Below, one piece after another: positions 37,156 through 52,601 of a stretch of 64,000 bases of DNA. Numbering within the stretch: the stretch's first letter is position 1; each line of letters begins with the position of its first letter. A program made the position numbers and the translations under genes. The notes beneath the pieces were generated by a model, which was given only the letters and a program-made list of their open reading frames with translations, ran no database searches and was not told the origin of the DNA. The stretch comes from an uncultured Dehalococcoidia bacterium (GTDB lineage Bacteria > Chloroflexota > Dehalococcoidia > Lucifugimonadales > UBA3495): assembly GCA_950072105.1 (NCBI GenBank), contig CATMOE010000012.1, positions 1 to 64,000 on the forward strand, given 5' to 3'.

Positions 37156-38579
37156 TAACACCCAGGCTTATTCACGATCTGCTGGTCCACCTTACGTGTC
37201 AGGAACTTGCCGCCGCCCAGGGTGGCTTTGAGTTCGCCGTCCTCCACCGCCACGGCTCCTCTCAGGATGGTCATCACCGGCCAGCCTTCGATATCAAAAC
37301 CGTCCCAGATGCTGTAATCGGTGATGTGGAAGTCGTCGCCGGTCAGGCGCTTCTTGATGCTGGGATCGATCAGAACTATATCGGCGTCACTGCCCGGAGC
37401 GATCACTCCCTTTTGGGGATACAAACCCATGATCTTGGCGGCGTTGGCCGAGGTTACATCGACGAACCGCTGCAAGGACATGCCTCGCTTGGAAACGCCT
37501 TCGCTATAGGTTATGCCGACCCGCGTCTCGGCGCCGTTATGCCCTCCGGTGACGTCGGAAATTGTTCGGCCCTCGATCTTAACGTCCCAGGATGTGCAGT
37601 ACTCATCAGTGGCCATGGTGTGCAAGCCACCGTCGACGATGCCCTTCCATAGCATCTGCCGGTCCTCTTCGGACTTCAATGAGGGATAGGTGTGGTACTT
37701 CATCCCATTCTCTTCCCGGTAATTATCCGAGCTGAAGCAGCAGTAGTTGTGCAGTGTTTCGCCGTAAACCGGCATGCCCTTGGCCCGCGCCTCGGCGATC
37801 GCGTCCACCCCTTGCTTGGCGGAGACGTGGACGAAATACACCGGTGAGCCGGTCCACTCGGCCACCCGCAGCACGCGCCGGAATGACACGTCCTCGGACT
37901 CGTTGCTGTGGACCAGCGGCATGTTCCACCACTCGGTGCGCTCCTCCTCGGTCAGCTTGCGGTACATGTGCTGGACCATGTCGTCGTCTTCCGAGTGGAC
38001 GAGCAGCATCGCGCCCAGCCGTTGAATCGTCTCCATCAGGTCATGCAGATGACCCGTGCCCACCATCCGGGGCTCCCCGGACATAGCGGGCGGGCGGATA
38101 TCGGTTGTGAAAATCTTGACGCTGGCGAAACCGTCTTGGACATGCTCGCCTAACTGACCCAGTATGTTGTCCGGAATGGCACCCAACATCATCAGATGGT
38201 GGGCGTAGTCCGCGTAGGAGTTACCTCGCCAAACCGACGTGCGTTCCTGTATGGCCTGGTTGAGATCGATGCCGGGCCACTGGATAGCGAAGTCCATCAA
38301 CGTGGTGGTGCCGCCGAACAGGGCTGCGCGGCTTACCTGGTCCGGTGGGGCCGTGGTCAGATCGCCATGTCCCATGATTGGGGCAGCTATGTGCGCGTGT
38401 GGCTCGATTCCACCTGGAATCACGATTTTTCCGGCGGCATCGATGGTCCTACCAACATCATCGGTGATGGTGCCCGGAGCAGCCACCGCGACGATCTTTT
38501 CCCCTTGAATCGCAATGTCCCAATCGCCGACACCCCACGGTGTTACAACTTGGCCTCCACGAATCATCAGGTCTAGCAT
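37155..38579 (-). CDS. Dihydropyrimidinase/hydantoinase-like amidohydrolase
   Basis: PGGIEPHAH, GGTTT, SVKIF, VHSED, FVHVS, ATDE and KGVIAPGSDAD motifs. Confidence 0.9.
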   Translation of the reverse strand: MLDLMIRGGQVVTPWGVGDWDIAIQGEKIVAVAAPGTITDDVGRTIDAAGKIVIPGGIEPHAHIAAPIMGHGDLTTAPPDQVSRAALFGGTTTLMDFAIQWPGIDLNQAIQERTSVWRGNSYADYAHHLMMLGAIPDNILGQLGEHVQDGFASVKIFTTDIRPPAMSGEPRMVGTGHLHDLMETIQRLGAMLLVHSEDDDMVQHMYRKLTEEERTEWWNMPLVHSNESEDVSFRRVLRVAEWTGSPVYFVHVSAKQGVDAIAEARAKGMPVYGETLHNYCCFSSDNYREENGMKYHTYPSLKSEEDRQMLWKGIVDGGLHTMATDEYCTSWDVKIEGRTISDVTGGHNGAETRVGITYSEGVSKRGMSLQRFVDVTSANAAKIMGLYPQKGVIAPGSDADIVLIDPSIKKRLTGDDFHITDYSIWDGFDIEGWPVMTILRGAVAVEDGELKATLGGGKFLTRKVDQQIVNKPGC

Positions 38580-38672
38580 CAACAGGCCTCCTTATGTCAG
38601 TTTATGTTCGTCACAATCCAAACGGCCACGCTCAATCTCACGAGATTGCCAGGCCATGCAACAGCGTTCGAT

Positions 38673-40082
38673 TCAGGCAGAAGAACGCGCCTCTTGGGGC
38701 AGGGCTTCCTCCCAGTCGGGGAGCAGGTGGTGAGACGTACTGGGCAACAGATAGATCCCGGCGATCCCGATGGCACTCAGCGTGAAAGATGCCAGGATCG
38801 TCACGTTAAAGTCCCCAGTGAGATTCCTAAGCACTCCACCGATCACGGCTCCGGCCGCCATGCCGATTCCCGCCCCCATCATCTGCCAACCGTAGGTGGT
38901 CCCAATGGGCGCGCTACCGTAGTATTGGCGGTTGATGATTGGAAAAGCACTCATTTCCCCACCCAATCCGATGCCGAATAATACGGCGAACAGATAGAAC
39001 ATCCAAGCGTCATGGGCGAAAAAGAGGAGGATCAGAGGAACGCACTGCATAAAAAAGCATACGGCCATGACGCCCTTGCTGCCGAAGCGGTCGGCGGCGA
39101 TGGGAACACCAAACCTGGTAAGAGTGCTGAGCACTGACATAACCACGAAGACGCCGGCTGCAGACCCTTTGGACAATCCCCGCTCCTCTGCGATCGCGAC
39201 AAGGAACAACATCAGGATGGCATGGCCGGCACATCCCCAAAAATGGATCCCGATAAGGTTCCAGAACGCGCTGGTTTGCCTGGCCTGACGTAGAAATACT
39301 TGGGTCCTTACTTGAGCGGTTTCCCCGTAGTGCACTCTCCTGATGGGCTCGTTTCCGGTAGCCCCGTAAGGCCTCAGCCCGATCTGGGCTGGTTCGTCAT
39401 AGAAAAACTTGACGAAAACGACCAGAGCCAAACCTCCGGCGATGCCGGTTACCCAGAAAGCCGCGCGAAGTCCAGCATCCTGTCCCTCGGCTTGAATCCC
39501 GGTGACCCATGAGTTGATCATCAGACCCGATTCAGAACTCCCGAACCAACTGATGATGATCAACACCACTGGAACAAGCACCAAAGGACCCATTCCTTGA
39601 GACGCCTGCAGAATCCCCATCCCCAGGCCCAGATTCTTTTGAAACCACATCGTCACCGCCGCCGTCAAAGGAACCTGGAAAATGGCCAGAGCCAAGCTGA
39701 GCAAGACGCCATAATAGGCGTAGAATTGCCAAAGCTCCGTCATGCGGCTGGTTAACACCATTGCGGCGGTGAACACTAAGGCACCTAGCAACATGGTCCG
39801 GCGGATGCCATAACGGTCGCCAAGCCAGCCTGCCGCCGGTCCAAATATCCCGGAGAAAGCCCATTGAAGAGCCAAGCCGAAGCCAATCATACCGTGGCTC
39901 CAGCCAAATGTTTCAACTAATCGGGGAACAAGGATCGCGAAGGAGGTGCGCACGGCGGAGGCGCTGAGACGCATGCCCGCAGCCACGACAACTATGACCC
40001 AAGCGTAGTGTATGCCTACGTTTCCCACGGCCAACCGGCTGGGGTGGAGGTCAAGCTTTAACATACGCAGTAGCGGTCCCAT
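38673..40082 (-). CDS. MFS transporter
   Basis: GWLGDRYGIRR motif A, ADRFGSK, about 12 TM helices. Confidence 0.9.
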   Translation of the reverse strand: MGPLLRMLKLDLHPSRLAVGNVGIHYAWVIVVVAAGMRLSASAVRTSFAILVPRLVETFGWSHGMIGFGLALQWAFSGIFGPAAGWLGDRYGIRRTMLLGALVFTAAMVLTSRMTELWQFYAYYGVLLSLALAIFQVPLTAAVTMWFQKNLGLGMGILQASQGMGPLVLVPVVLIIISWFGSSESGLMINSWVTGIQAEGQDAGLRAAFWVTGIAGGLALVVFVKFFYDEPAQIGLRPYGATGNEPIRRVHYGETAQVRTQVFLRQARQTSAFWNLIGIHFWGCAGHAILMLFLVAIAEERGLSKGSAAGVFVVMSVLSTLTRFGVPIAADRFGSKGVMAVCFFMQCVPLILLFFAHDAWMFYLFAVLFGIGLGGEMSAFPIINRQYYGSAPIGTTYGWQMMGAGIGMAAGAVIGGVLRNLTGDFNVTILASFTLSAIGIAGIYLLPSTSHHLLPDWEEALPQEARSSA

Positions 40083-40188
40083 CCGTTATATAAATCAACG
40101 ATAATGCTGGACTCAGGATGATACTATGTCAATAGTTTTATTCCAGATTTGACCCTGGAAATCCATTGACAATCAATGCAATTTGTGC

Positions 40189-40216
40189 TTGACACTACCT
40201 TAGTTAAGAGTATAAT
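40189..40216 (+). promoter_or_regulatory. Consensus sigma70 promoter of rpoBC
   Basis: TTGACA (40189)-16 bp-TATAAT (40211). Confidence 0.8.
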
Positions 40217-40350
40217 CAAAGGTTACCGACGTATGCCTCAAGCACCGAATTTCGTAATTTCCCCAAACGACCTCGGCGATTTTGCACCTTTTTTTGCCCC
40301 GATTCTGGCCGCCCGGCCGACCGGTTCCAGTCATTCGAAGGAGAACTAGA

Positions 40351-43300
40351 ATGGTAGTTTCTGCTACGCAGAACGGTAATGCGCTGTCGCTTCGTGAAGT
40401 TAAGAACTACGCCCGAATCCCACAAGTCTTGGATGTGCCCAATCTGATCCAAAGCCAACTTCAATCATACGAATGGTTCAGGACCGATGCTTTGCGGGAA
40501 GTCTATGAAGAAATCTCCCCCATCGCTGATTACACCGGCAAAAAGTACGAGCTGCATTTTGCCGAGCATTATTTCCGAACCCCCAAGTACTCACCCCAGG
40601 AGTGCAAAGAGCGGGAGATTACTTTTTCCCAGCCTCTTTACGTAAAGACCCGTCTGGTGATGAAGGAAACGGGGGAGATAAAAGAGCAGGAGATCTTCAT
40701 GGGGGACATCCCCATGATGACGCCCAACGGCACCTTTATCATCAACGGCGCCGAACGCGTGGTCGTCAGCCAGTTGGTCCGGTCTCCCGGTATCTACTTT
40801 GTCTACGAACGAAATGCCGCTAGCAACAGGAACTTGTGTTACGCCAAGCTGATACCTTCCAGAGGCGCTTGGCTGGAGTTTGAAACCAGCGCCAAGGATA
40901 TATTGTCGGTTAAAGTCGACCGCAAACGCAAAGTTTCAGCCACCACCTTCCTGCGGGCCCTGGGCATCGCCTCCGACGACACCATCTTAGAGATGTTCGC
41001 CGACGCGGACACAGACGAAAACCACCAGTACATCAAGTCCACGCTGGACAAAGACCCGGTGGTCGATACCAAGGAACTCTCCTACAAAGAGGATGACCTG
41101 CGCGCTCTTTGGGATTGGCTGCACCCGGACGACGAGTACGACGTTGACCAAGCCAAGCGGATAGCCAACGCCCAGATCGAGTTTTACCGCCGGTTGCGGC
41201 CTGGTGAGCCACCCAGCTTGGAGAACTCCCGCAATCTGATACGCAACCTATTCTTCGTTGCCCGCCGCTACGACCTGGGCCGCGTAGGCCGGTACAAGCT
41301 TAACCGGCGTTTGAGCCAAACAGACAACTCGGAACTGATGACGCTGACCGTGGATGACGTAGTGTCGGTCATCCGCCACATTATCCGGATCAATCAAGGC
41401 GACGGAAAACCCGACGACATCGACCATTTGGGCAACCGCCGTGTACGGGCCGTAGGCGAACTGGTGCAGAACCAGGTGCGCGTGGGCCTGCTGCGAATGG
41501 AGCGGATGGTCAAAGAGAAAATGACTCTGGTGGATCCGGAAGCGGCGGCCCCCCAGGGCTTGGTTAACATACGCCCGGTGGTGGCCGCCGTTAGAGAATT
41601 CTTCGGTGGCTCCCAATTGTCCCAGTTCATGGACCAGACCAACCCACTGGCTGAATTGACTCACAAGCGGCGATTGTCGGCCTTGGGGCCAGGAGGATTA
41701 TCCAGAGAACGAGCCGGGTTCGACGTTAGGGACGTCCACTTTTCCCACTACGGGCGGATCTGCCCCATCGAAACCCCTGAAGGTCCCAACATCGGCCTGC
41801 TCAGCTCCCTGGCATCTTACGCCCGGATCAACCCATATGGCTTCATAGAATCTCCCTATCGCCGTGTGTATAAGACCCTGCCCAGTGACTCACTCGACTT
41901 GAAAGGACGCACCGTTACTAAAACGGTGTTGGACACGGAAGGCAAAGCGATCGTAAACAAGGGACGGGCCATCGGCGCGAATAGGATAGCCGCCTTGAAC
42001 CAACTGCCCGAGGGGACGGTCATCGACGTACGTCCCTTCGTCGGGAACACAGATGAAGACATCCTCTATCTGTCGGCCGACCAAGAGGAAAGATACCGGG
42101 TAGCCCAGGCGAACTCAGTACTAGACGACTTGAATCAGTTTGCCGACAACCGGGTCGAACTCCGGGTGGGTGAGGAATACATGCAAGATTCCCCCGACTC
42201 GGTGGATCTGATGGACGTGTCGCCCATGCAGATCATGAGTGTGTCGGCGGCCTTGATACCCTTCTTGGAACACGACGACGCCAACCGGGCGTTGATGGGT
42301 TCTAACATGCAACGGCAGGCCGTGCCCCTGCTCCGTCCCCAAGCGCCACTCATCGGAACCGGCATTGAAGGCCGGGTAGCTCGGGACAGCGGCCAAGTGG
42401 TCTTGTCCTTGGTTGCCGGTGTAGTTTCTTCCGTTACCGGGAGGGAAATCATCGTAACCGACGTGGAAGGAACTGAGCACAGCCACCACCTTATCAAGTT
42501 TGCCCGCACCAATCAGGGCACCTGTTTCGACCAGCGCCCCACAGTCGCCCGGGGAGACATAGTAGACCAGGGCGGAGTTCTGGCCGACAGTTGGTCAACC
42601 GAGAACGGTGATTTGGCCTTGGGTCAAAACGTTTTGGTCGCCTTCATGTCCTGGGAGGGTTACAACTACGAAGACGCTATCATCCTCAGTGAGCGTCTGG
42701 TAAAGGACGATTACTTCACCTCCACTCACATCGAAAAACACGAGATGGAAGCCCGGGAAACCAAGTTAGGCCCCGAGGAGATCACCCGGGATATCCCCAA
42801 CGTCGGAGAAATCAGCCTCCGGAACCTGGACGAGCGGGGCATTATCCGTATCGGCGCGGACGTCGGACCGGGAGACATCCTGGTTGGCAAAGTCACGCCT
42901 AAGGGCGAGACCGAGCTAACGGCCGAAGAGAAGCTGCTACGGGCCATATTCGGAGAAAAATCCCGCGACGTGAAGGACACTTCTCTGAGGGTTCCCCACG
43001 GGGAACGCGGTAAAGTGATCGAAGTCAAGGTCCTGAACCGGGGCAACCGGGATGACCTGCCACCCGGCGTCAACGAAGCAGTGAGAGTGTGGATAGCTCA
43101 GACCCGGAAAATATCCGTGGGTGACAAGATGGCCGGACGCCACGGCAACAAAGGCGTAGTAGCCCGCATCCTGCCAGAAGAGGACATGCCTTACATGGCC
43201 GATGGAACCCCGGTGGACATCATTCTGAACCCCATAGGCGTGCCTTCCCGCATGAACTTGGGTCAGGTGTTGGAAACCCACTTGGGCTGGGCGGCGAAGG

Positions 43301-44127
43301 TGCTCAACTTCAAAGCCTACACTCCGGTGTTCGACGGCGCCAAAGACGACTCAATAGAAGATGCCTTGGCCCGGGCATGGTTCGCTCAGCGGGCCCAAGC
43401 AATCGACATGGGACCGTCGGAAGGGTCACCCGATATTGACAAAGTGAAGCTAGATGCCTGGCTGACGGAGCAAGGATACGATGCCAAGCGCATATTCGAC
43501 CCGGAACTCCGAGGAGAGGCTCAGGAAGCGTGCCTTCGCCTGTGGCTTAAAGAAGAGGCCGGCGAAGACCCCACCGGCCAATCATTGGACGAGATGCGCA
43601 ACACCGCATTGCGGGTTCATCGGGAACAGCGCATGGCTCCTCCCACCTTTGGCAAGTTTGAGTTGTACGACGGACGTTCTGGTGAAAACTTCGACCAACT
43701 GGTCACTGTGGGTACAATATATATCTTAAAGCTCATCCACTTAGTGGAAGACAAGATTCACGCTCGCTCCACCGGTCCCTACTCCATGATCACCCAACAG
43801 CCGCTGGGCGGGAAAGCTCAATTTGGCGGGCAGCGGTTCGGTGAGATGGAGGTCTGGGCGCTGGAAGCGTACAGCGCGGCCTACAACCTGCAAGAGGTAT
43901 TGACCGTCAAATCCGACGATGTGGCGGGCCGCGTTAAAGCTTACGAGGCGATCGTTAAGGGAGAACCCATCGGCCAACCTGGCGTACCGGAGTCATTCAA
44001 CGTACTTTTGAAGGAACTTCAGAGCCTCGGCCTTGCGGTCGAGTTGTTGAACGAGGACGTTCGGCCACCGTTGACGCAAGGAATAGCCGACGACACCGAG
44101 CTTTATCAGCCGCTGGAGGCAGATTAA
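40351..44127 (+). CDS. rpoB: DNA-directed RNA polymerase subunit beta
   Basis: [40 protein letters not shown] and GGQRFGEME motifs; AAGGAG RBS. Confidence 0.99.
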   Translation: MVVSATQNGNALSLREVKNYARIPQVLDVPNLIQSQLQSYEWFRTDALREVYEEISPIADYTGKKYELHFAEHYFRTPKYSPQECKEREITFSQPLYVKTRLVMKETGEIKEQEIFMGDIPMMTPNGTFIINGAERVVVSQLVRSPGIYFVYERNAASNRNLCYAKLIPSRGAWLEFETSAKDILSVKVDRKRKVSATTFLRALGIASDDTILEMFADADTDENHQYIKSTLDKDPVVDTKELSYKEDDLRALWDWLHPDDEYDVDQAKRIANAQIEFYRRLRPGEPPSLENSRNLIRNLFFVARRYDLGRVGRYKLNRRLSQTDNSELMTLTVDDVVSVIRHIIRINQGDGKPDDIDHLGNRRVRAVGELVQNQVRVGLLRMERMVKEKMTLVDPEAAAPQGLVNIRPVVAAVREFFGGSQLSQFMDQTNPLAELTHKRRLSALGPGGLSRERAGFDVRDVHFSHYGRICPIETPEGPNIGLLSSLASYARINPYGFIESPYRRVYKTLPSDSLDLKGRTVTKTVLDTEGKAIVNKGRAIGANRIAALNQLPEGTVIDVRPFVGNTDEDILYLSADQEERYRVAQANSVLDDLNQFADNRVELRVGEEYMQDSPDSVDLMDVSPMQIMSVSAALIPFLEHDDANRALMGSNMQRQAVPLLRPQAPLIGTGIEGRVARDSGQVVLSLVAGVVSSVTGREIIVTDVEGTEHSHHLIKFARTNQGTCFDQRPTVARGDIVDQGGVLADSWSTENGDLALGQNVLVAFMSWEGYNYEDAIILSERLVKDDYFTSTHIEKHEMEARETKLGPEEITRDIPNVGEISLRNLDERGIIRIGADVGPGDILVGKVTPKGETELTAEEKLLRAIFGEKSRDVKDTSLRVPHGERGKVIEVKVLNRGNRDDLPPGVNEAVRVWIAQTRKISVGDKMAGRHGNKGVVARILPEEDMPYMADGTPVDIILNPIGVPSRMNLGQVLETHLGWAAKVLNFKAYTPVFDGAKDDSIEDALARAWFAQRAQAIDMGPSEGSPDIDKVKLDAWLTEQGYDAKRIFDPELRGEAQEACLRLWLKEEAGEDPTGQSLDEMRNTALRVHREQRMAPPTFGKFELYDGRSGENFDQLVTVGTIYILKLIHLVEDKIHARSTGPYSMITQQPLGGKAQFGGQRFGEMEVWALEAYSAAYNLQEVLTVKSDDVAGRVKAYEAIVKGEPIGQPGVPESFNVLLKELQSLGLAVELLNEDVRPPLTQGIADDTELYQPLEAD

Positions 44128-47100
44128 TGGTCAGATTGGCGGACAGGACAGAAACTCGTGGCACTAACTTCAACGCGATCAGAATATCAATAGCTTCCCC
44201 AGAACAAATCATGAACTGGTCTCATGGCGAGGTAACCAAGCCTGAAACCATTAACTACCGTACGTTGCGGCCGGAAAAAGACGGACTTTTTTGCGAGCGC
44301 CTCTTCGGTCCCACCAAGGACTGGGAGTGCTTCTGCGGGAAGTACAAGCGGATCCGGTACCGGGGCGTCGTCTGCGACCGTTGCGGAGTTGAAGTCACCC
44401 GGTCCAAGGTCCGGCGAGAGCGCATGGGTCATATCCGGCTGGCAGCGCCAGTAGCCCATATCTGGTTCAGCAAAACCACTCCCAGCCGGCTGGGCCTTCT
44501 GCTGGACCTCTCTCCCCGCAATCTGGAACGGGTCCTCTACTTCGCCCAACATATCGTAGTCTCAGTGGACGAAGAGGCCCGGCAAGAAACCATTGATGAA
44601 GAGCGAGCCAGGTACGAACTAGAAGTGGAGAAACGCCGTAATTCGTCTGAGGCGGAATTGGAGATTCTGCGACAGAAAATCGCAGATCTGGCCGAGGCTG
44701 AAGACAGTCCTGAAATAGAAGTAGAGCGGATGACCGCCCAGGTGGAACTTGACGCTGTCAAAGACCGCCTGGCCACCGAAGAGGGACAGCTAGAGCAACA
44801 ACTTCAAGCCAGCATCGACGAACTCGACGATCTGCGGGTTCACAAGCTGATTGCTGAGTCCCGTTATCGGGAATTGAAGGAACACTACGGCAACGTTTTC
44901 CAAGCTGGCATGGGCGCCGAAGCCATTCTGGAGATTCTGCGGGCCATCGATCTGGAGGCTCTCCGGGATTTCTTGATAAACGAGATGCAGTCTACCTCCG
45001 GCCAACGGCGTAAAAAGGCCATCAAACGGCTGCGGGTTATTGATTCCTTCCGCCGCAGCGGCAACCGGGTTGAGGACATGATTCTTTCCATCCTCCCGGT
45101 GCTGCCGCCGGAGCTACGCCCCATGGTTCAACTGGACGGCGGGCGGTTCGCCACCAGCGACCTGAACGACCTCTACCGCCGTGTAATCAACCGCAACAAC
45201 CGCCTAAAGCGGCTGATGGACCTTGGTGCTCCGGAGATTATCATCCGCAATGAGAAGCGGATGCTGCAAGAGGCAGTGGACGCCTTGATTGACAACGGGC
45301 GCCGCGGGCGTCCCATCCAGGGCAGCCATAACCACAAGCTCAAGTCTTTGTCCGACCTGCTACGAGGCAAGCAAGGCCGGTTCCGCCAGAACCTGCTGGG
45401 CAAGCGGGTCGATTACAGCGGCCGGTCAGTGATCGTCGTGGGCCCCGAACTAAAGATGCACGAGTGCGGGCTGCCCAAACGCATGGCCCTGGAGTTGTTC
45501 AAACCCTTTGTGATGCACCGGTTGGCGGTCTTGGGCATTGCTCCTAACATAAAGAACGCCAAGCGCATGGTGGAGCGAAACCGGGCGGAAGTGTGGGACA
45601 TCCTGGAAGACGTGATCAAAGACAGGCCGGTCCTGCTTAATCGCGCCCCCACTTTGCACCGGTTGGGTATCCAAGCTTTCATGCCGGTATTGATCGAAGG
45701 CAACGCGATTCAAATTCATCCACTGGTCTGCTCCGCATTCAACGCCGACTTCGACGGAGACCAGATGGCGGTGCACGTTCCGCTGTCCCGAATGGCGGTG
45801 CTTGAAGCCAAAGAGACTATGCTCAGCACCCATAATATGCTCTCGCCCGCCTCGGGTGACCCGCTGGTAGCCCCAACGCTGGACATGGTGATGGGCTGCT
45901 ATTACCTGACGGAAGAACGCGACGGGGCTATAGGCGAAGGCAAGAAGTTCTTCGATTTCGACGAGGCTCGGATCGCTCATGCCTCCGAGTTGATTCATCT
46001 TCAGGCCCGTATCCTGGTACATGACGTAGCCGCCTCGGAACACGACGAGTGGTTGGAGACAACCCTGGGAAGGTTGATATTCAACGAAATCCTCCCCCGG
46101 GTTCTTGGCTACAGAAACATACTGATGGACCGGGCCGCCCTCAAGGAACTGACGGCTGACCTGCACCGGACCTTGACCAACGAAGAGACAGCCGAGGTCC
46201 TGGACGATATCAAGGACCTGGGTTTCCACTATGCCACCGTCTCGGGTATAACCATAGCGATCAATGACATCCAGGTTTCGAACAAAAAGCCTGCGATTCT
46301 AAAACAAGCCGCTCAAATGGTCAGCGGCTACGATGAACAGTTCCTGTCCGGCCTCATCTCAGAAGAAGAGCGCTACGCCAAAACGGTGGAGGCCTGGACC
46401 TGGGCTTCCGACCAAACCACCATATTGGTTGAAGAAGATCTTCCCAACTATGGCGGCATCGCGGTTATGGCCCGTTCCGGCGCCAAAGGTAACATCTCCC
46501 AGATAAAACAAATGGCTGGGATGCGGGGACTGATGAGCAACCCCAAAGGGCGAATCATCGACTTGCCCATCACCTCCAGTTTCCGTGAAGGGCTGACCGC
46601 TCTCGAGTACTTCATCTCCACCCACGGAGCCAGGAAGGGTCTTGCCGACACCGCTCTTAGAACCGCCGACAGCGGTTATCTCACCCGGCGATTGATCGAC
46701 ATCGCCCAAGAAGTCATCATCCTGGAAGATGATTGCGGCACCATCGATTCCTACACCATGTGGGGCCGGTCTGACGATCCTCTGCACTCTTCGTTACAGC
46801 AAGGCATTTTAGGTAGGATGGCCGCGGTCCCGGTAGTCCATCCGGAAACCGGAGAGATCCTGGTTGACCGTAATCAGGAGATCGACGAAGGCATAGCTCA
46901 ACAGATAATCGACGCGGGCGTCGACGAGGTATCGGTTCGGTCGGCCTTGACCTGCGAATCTCACCGCGGCCTTTGCAAGATGTGTTACGGACGCCTACCG
47001 GCTACCGGCAAGATCGTCGAGAGAGGCCAGGCGGTCGGCATCATCGCAGCCCAGAGCATCGGCGAGCCAGGCACCCAACTTACAATGCGCACCTTCCATA

Positions 47101-48308
47101 CCGGCGGAGTCGCCGGTCTGGATATCACCAGTGGCCTGCCCCGGGTCGAAGAGTTGTTCGAAGCCCGTGTCCCCAAGGGCGCCGCGATTCTATCAGACAT
47201 CGACGGCACGGTATCCGTTGAGATTGAGGACGAAGGCCGCAGACTTCGATTGGTTAGCAGGGACGAGTTCCGGGAAGACTACGCTCTGCCAGAAAATGCC
47301 GATCTTCACGTGGAAGAGGGAGAATATGTAGAGCCGGGCGAGATCCTGGCCAGCACGATGGCCGCCCTAACGGGTGAAGACGGCGCGGAAGAAGCTGATC
47401 CTCCAAGAGCGGAACAAGTCGTATCCAACATAGGTGGCCGGGTTGAGCTAAGCCCAGGTCTGGTTTCCATCGTCTGGGAGGACGTTGAAGAAAGGGAACA
47501 CGTAGTCCCCATCTCCGCCCGCATCCTCGTGAAGGACGACGACGAGGTCAAGGCGGGAGACGCCCTTATCAGCGGTCCGCTAAATCCCCACGACATTCTG
47601 TATATCCGTGGTAAAGACGAATTGCAACGGTATCTGGTGGATGAGGTCCAACAGGTATACAAATCCCAGGGCGTGAGCATTCACGACAAGCATATCGAGA
47701 TTATCCTGAGACAGATGCTTCGCCGGGTCCAAGTGGAGTCCACCGGTGACGCGGACTATATCCCCGGCCAGATGGTAGATAAATTCGAATTCCAGGAAAA
47801 GAATGCCAAAGTCTTGGCCGAAGGTGGAGAACCCGCCACGGCCAAATCCATGTTGCTTGGCATTACCCGAGCCTCCCTACTGACTGATAGCTTCCTTTCT
47901 GCGGCCTCCTTCCAAGAGACCACCAGGGTGCTGACCCAAGCAGCGGTAAGCGGAGCCCAAGACTGGCTACAAGGGCTAAAGGAAAACGTTATCATCGGCC
48001 GGCTGATCCCCGCTCGTGTGACCATCCCCGGCATGGACAAATTGCTGGAGCCGGAACCCGTTCCGGAACTAGCCGAGGTCGCCCTTGGTGGCTGGCTGGG
48101 CATGGGCCCATCTCAGGAAACCAGCGAGTTTCCGGGGTTGTCGACGGAAGCGAGCAGCGAAGAGGCCAACTTGTTGGCCGATGTTGCCAGTTTCTTTGGC
48201 ACACCATCCAGCGAAGATGACAATGATAAAATCCCGGAACCAAAGGAGTCTGATCTCAGCTCCGGCGACGTGGAGACGCCCGATCCAGATGGCCAGCCGC
48301 AGGAGTAA
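44127..48308 (+). CDS. rpoC: DNA-directed RNA polymerase subunit beta'
   Basis: Zn finger CFCGKYK...CDRC, NADFDGD catalytic motif, [13 protein letters not shown]; start overlaps the rpoB stop (TAATG). Confidence 0.99.
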   Translation: MVRLADRTETRGTNFNAIRISIASPEQIMNWSHGEVTKPETINYRTLRPEKDGLFCERLFGPTKDWECFCGKYKRIRYRGVVCDRCGVEVTRSKVRRERMGHIRLAAPVAHIWFSKTTPSRLGLLLDLSPRNLERVLYFAQHIVVSVDEEARQETIDEERARYELEVEKRRNSSEAELEILRQKIADLAEAEDSPEIEVERMTAQVELDAVKDRLATEEGQLEQQLQASIDELDDLRVHKLIAESRYRELKEHYGNVFQAGMGAEAILEILRAIDLEALRDFLINEMQSTSGQRRKKAIKRLRVIDSFRRSGNRVEDMILSILPVLPPELRPMVQLDGGRFATSDLNDLYRRVINRNNRLKRLMDLGAPEIIIRNEKRMLQEAVDALIDNGRRGRPIQGSHNHKLKSLSDLLRGKQGRFRQNLLGKRVDYSGRSVIVVGPELKMHECGLPKRMALELFKPFVMHRLAVLGIAPNIKNAKRMVERNRAEVWDILEDVIKDRPVLLNRAPTLHRLGIQAFMPVLIEGNAIQIHPLVCSAFNADFDGDQMAVHVPLSRMAVLEAKETMLSTHNMLSPASGDPLVAPTLDMVMGCYYLTEERDGAIGEGKKFFDFDEARIAHASELIHLQARILVHDVAASEHDEWLETTLGRLIFNEILPRVLGYRNILMDRAALKELTADLHRTLTNEETAEVLDDIKDLGFHYATVSGITIAINDIQVSNKKPAILKQAAQMVSGYDEQFLSGLISEEERYAKTVEAWTWASDQTTILVEEDLPNYGGIAVMARSGAKGNISQIKQMAGMRGLMSNPKGRIIDLPITSSFREGLTALEYFISTHGARKGLADTALRTADSGYLTRRLIDIAQEVIILEDDCGTIDSYTMWGRSDDPLHSSLQQGILGRMAAVPVVHPETGEILVDRNQEIDEGIAQQIIDAGVDEVSVRSALTCESHRGLCKMCYGRLPATGKIVERGQAVGIIAAQSIGEPGTQLTMRTFHTGGVAGLDITSGLPRVEELFEARVPKGAAILSDIDGTVSVEIEDEGRRLRLVSRDEFREDYALPENADLHVEEGEYVEPGEILASTMAALTGEDGAEEADPPRAEQVVSNIGGRVELSPGLVSIVWEDVEEREHVVPISARILVKDDDEVKAGDALISGPLNPHDILYIRGKDELQRYLVDEVQQVYKSQGVSIHDKHIEIILRQMLRRVQVESTGDADYIPGQMVDKFEFQEKNAKVLAEGGEPATAKSMLLGITRASLLTDSFLSAASFQETTRVLTQAAVSGAQDWLQGLKENVIIGRLIPARVTIPGMDKLLEPEPVPELAEVALGGWLGMGPSQETSEFPGLSTEASSEEANLLADVASFFGTPSSEDDNDKIPEPKESDLSSGDVETPDPDGQPQE

Positions 48309-48376
48309 ATAGGCCCCGGAAACGGTGGCGCGTCCTGCAATCAGATCGGAATAGCGAAGATGATAGAGGGGGTACC

Positions 48377-49333
48377 GTGGGTTTATCCGTGGACCTGGCG
48401 CCCAATAACCCCCATCATCTCAAGTTAGCCAATCCGGTAATGATCGCCTCCGGAACGTTTGGCTACGACGGGTACGGCCGTGGTATCACGCCGGAGATGG
48501 ACCTGGGGCTCCTGGGGGCCGTCATACCCAAAACCGTCACGCGCCATCCCCGGGAGGGGAATCCTGAGCCCCGTTGGTATCCGCCGTCTTACCGTGAAGC
48601 CCTGGAAGACGACGAGTGCATCTTCCTGAACTCAATAGGCCTGACCAACCCCGGGATCGAGGTGGCCCTAACCACCCTGGCTCCCGAATGGTCCCGGCAA
48701 GACGCTACGATGATTCTCAGCCTTTCGGCGGAAAGCGTTTCCGAGTTCGGCGAGATGACGGCAATGACCCAAGGCGTTTCCGGATTTCAGGCTATAGAAC
48801 TCAATCTAAGCTGTCCCAACATCGAAAACGGCGCCCATTTTAGCCATAGCGCCGCCCTTACTGCCGGCGCGGTGGCCGCGGTTAGGGCTAACACTGGGTT
48901 GCCGGTGCTGGCCAAACTTGCGCCCAATGTTCCCGACGTGTCGGAGATCGCGCTGGCGGCTGTCGGCGCCGGAGCCGACGCCCTCACCATATCCAACACC
49001 CTTCCAGCCATGCAGATCAATATAGAATCCCGGCAGCCGGTACTGGGAGCGGTTACCGGCGGCTTATCCGGTCATGGCCTGCGCCCGGTCGCCCTGGCTT
49101 TAGTGTATCGCGCGGCTCAAGTGGTGGATGTGCCCATTATAGGCGTGGGAGGCATTTTCAACGCCAGCCACGCATTGGAGTATTTCTTGGCGGGCGCCAC
49201 CGCAGTCCAGGTTGGAAGCGCCAATCTTGCTGACCTGTGGTCACCTTTCCGCATCTTAGACGAATTAAAGGTTTACCTTGGAGAAGCCGGCGTTTCCGAC
49301 ATCGGCGATCTGGTGGGCGCCATGCGAACTTGA
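48377..49333 (+). CDS. pyrD: Dihydroorotate dehydrogenase class 1 catalytic subunit
   Basis: NPVMIASGTFG, LNSIGLTNPG, ELNLSCPN, KLAPN, GGLSG and IGVGGI motifs. Confidence 0.93.
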   Translation: MGLSVDLAPNNPHHLKLANPVMIASGTFGYDGYGRGITPEMDLGLLGAVIPKTVTRHPREGNPEPRWYPPSYREALEDDECIFLNSIGLTNPGIEVALTTLAPEWSRQDATMILSLSAESVSEFGEMTAMTQGVSGFQAIELNLSCPNIENGAHFSHSAALTAGAVAAVRANTGLPVLAKLAPNVPDVSEIALAAVGAGADALTISNTLPAMQINIESRQPVLGAVTGGLSGHGLRPVALALVYRAAQVVDVPIIGVGGIFNASHALEYFLAGATAVQVGSANLADLWSPFRILDELKVYLGEAGVSDIGDLVGAMRT

Positions 49334-49608
49334 CCGGTGATTCACGCTCAACCCCTTGTGACATTACCGGCCGAATCGTCCATCTTGACCGCTACCATCG
49401 CAATCCCCAACCCGTCCCACGCATACCGATTGCTTCCAGTTAAATCTGGCCAGAGCCCGGCGTGTGCAAGTTGGCTCAGCATTCGCTAAAATATAATGAA
49501 CAAGACAACGATCTATCCAACAAAATACTAAGCAATACCAACGTACCCGCGAGGTTTCGGCGAGTCTAGCCGTGATTGCGGGAAAACATCCAGCGAGGTG
49601 GTAGCTCA

Positions 49609-52254
<2,646 letters not shown>

Positions 52255-52303
52255 AGCGCTTATGCCCCTGGAACGATAGCCCCGCCGACTAGTTGGCAGC
52301 TAC

Positions 52304-52537
52304 TTACTTCCGCCCAAACAGCCTGGAAAAGAATCCGGGCTTGGGCTGACTTTCTCCGTGGGACATGTCCAGTCCAACCCATTGTGACCCCAGGTATTTA
52401 TCCGGTTCGCCATCGAAGGCCACTTTGCAGCCAGGGGCGCAGAAATAATAGGTAGTGCCCTGGTATTCGCTGGACCCTCCGTTCGGGTTGTCCGTGTCAA
52501 CTTCCATTTTGCAGATAGGATCGATCGCTGTTGCCAT
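52304..52537 (-). CDS. YHS domain metal-binding protein (probable Cu chaperone)
   Basis: DPICKMEV...YYFCAPGCKVAF; GAGGT RBS. Confidence 0.85.
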   Translation of the reverse strand: MATAIDPICKMEVDTDNPNGGSSEYQGTTYYFCAPGCKVAFDGEPDKYLGSQWVGLDMSHGESQPKPGFFSRLFGRK

Positions 52538-52601
52538 AACCCCCACCTCGTTACCGTTTTCGTTCACCCTTGGTCTTATCTCCAAACGCCGTGGCAGATC
52601 A

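Noticed and set aside
41600..41700. Rifampicin-resistance substitutions in RpoB
   Set aside because: Cluster I reads [26 protein letters not shown], with the sensitive-type D, H and S residues intact.
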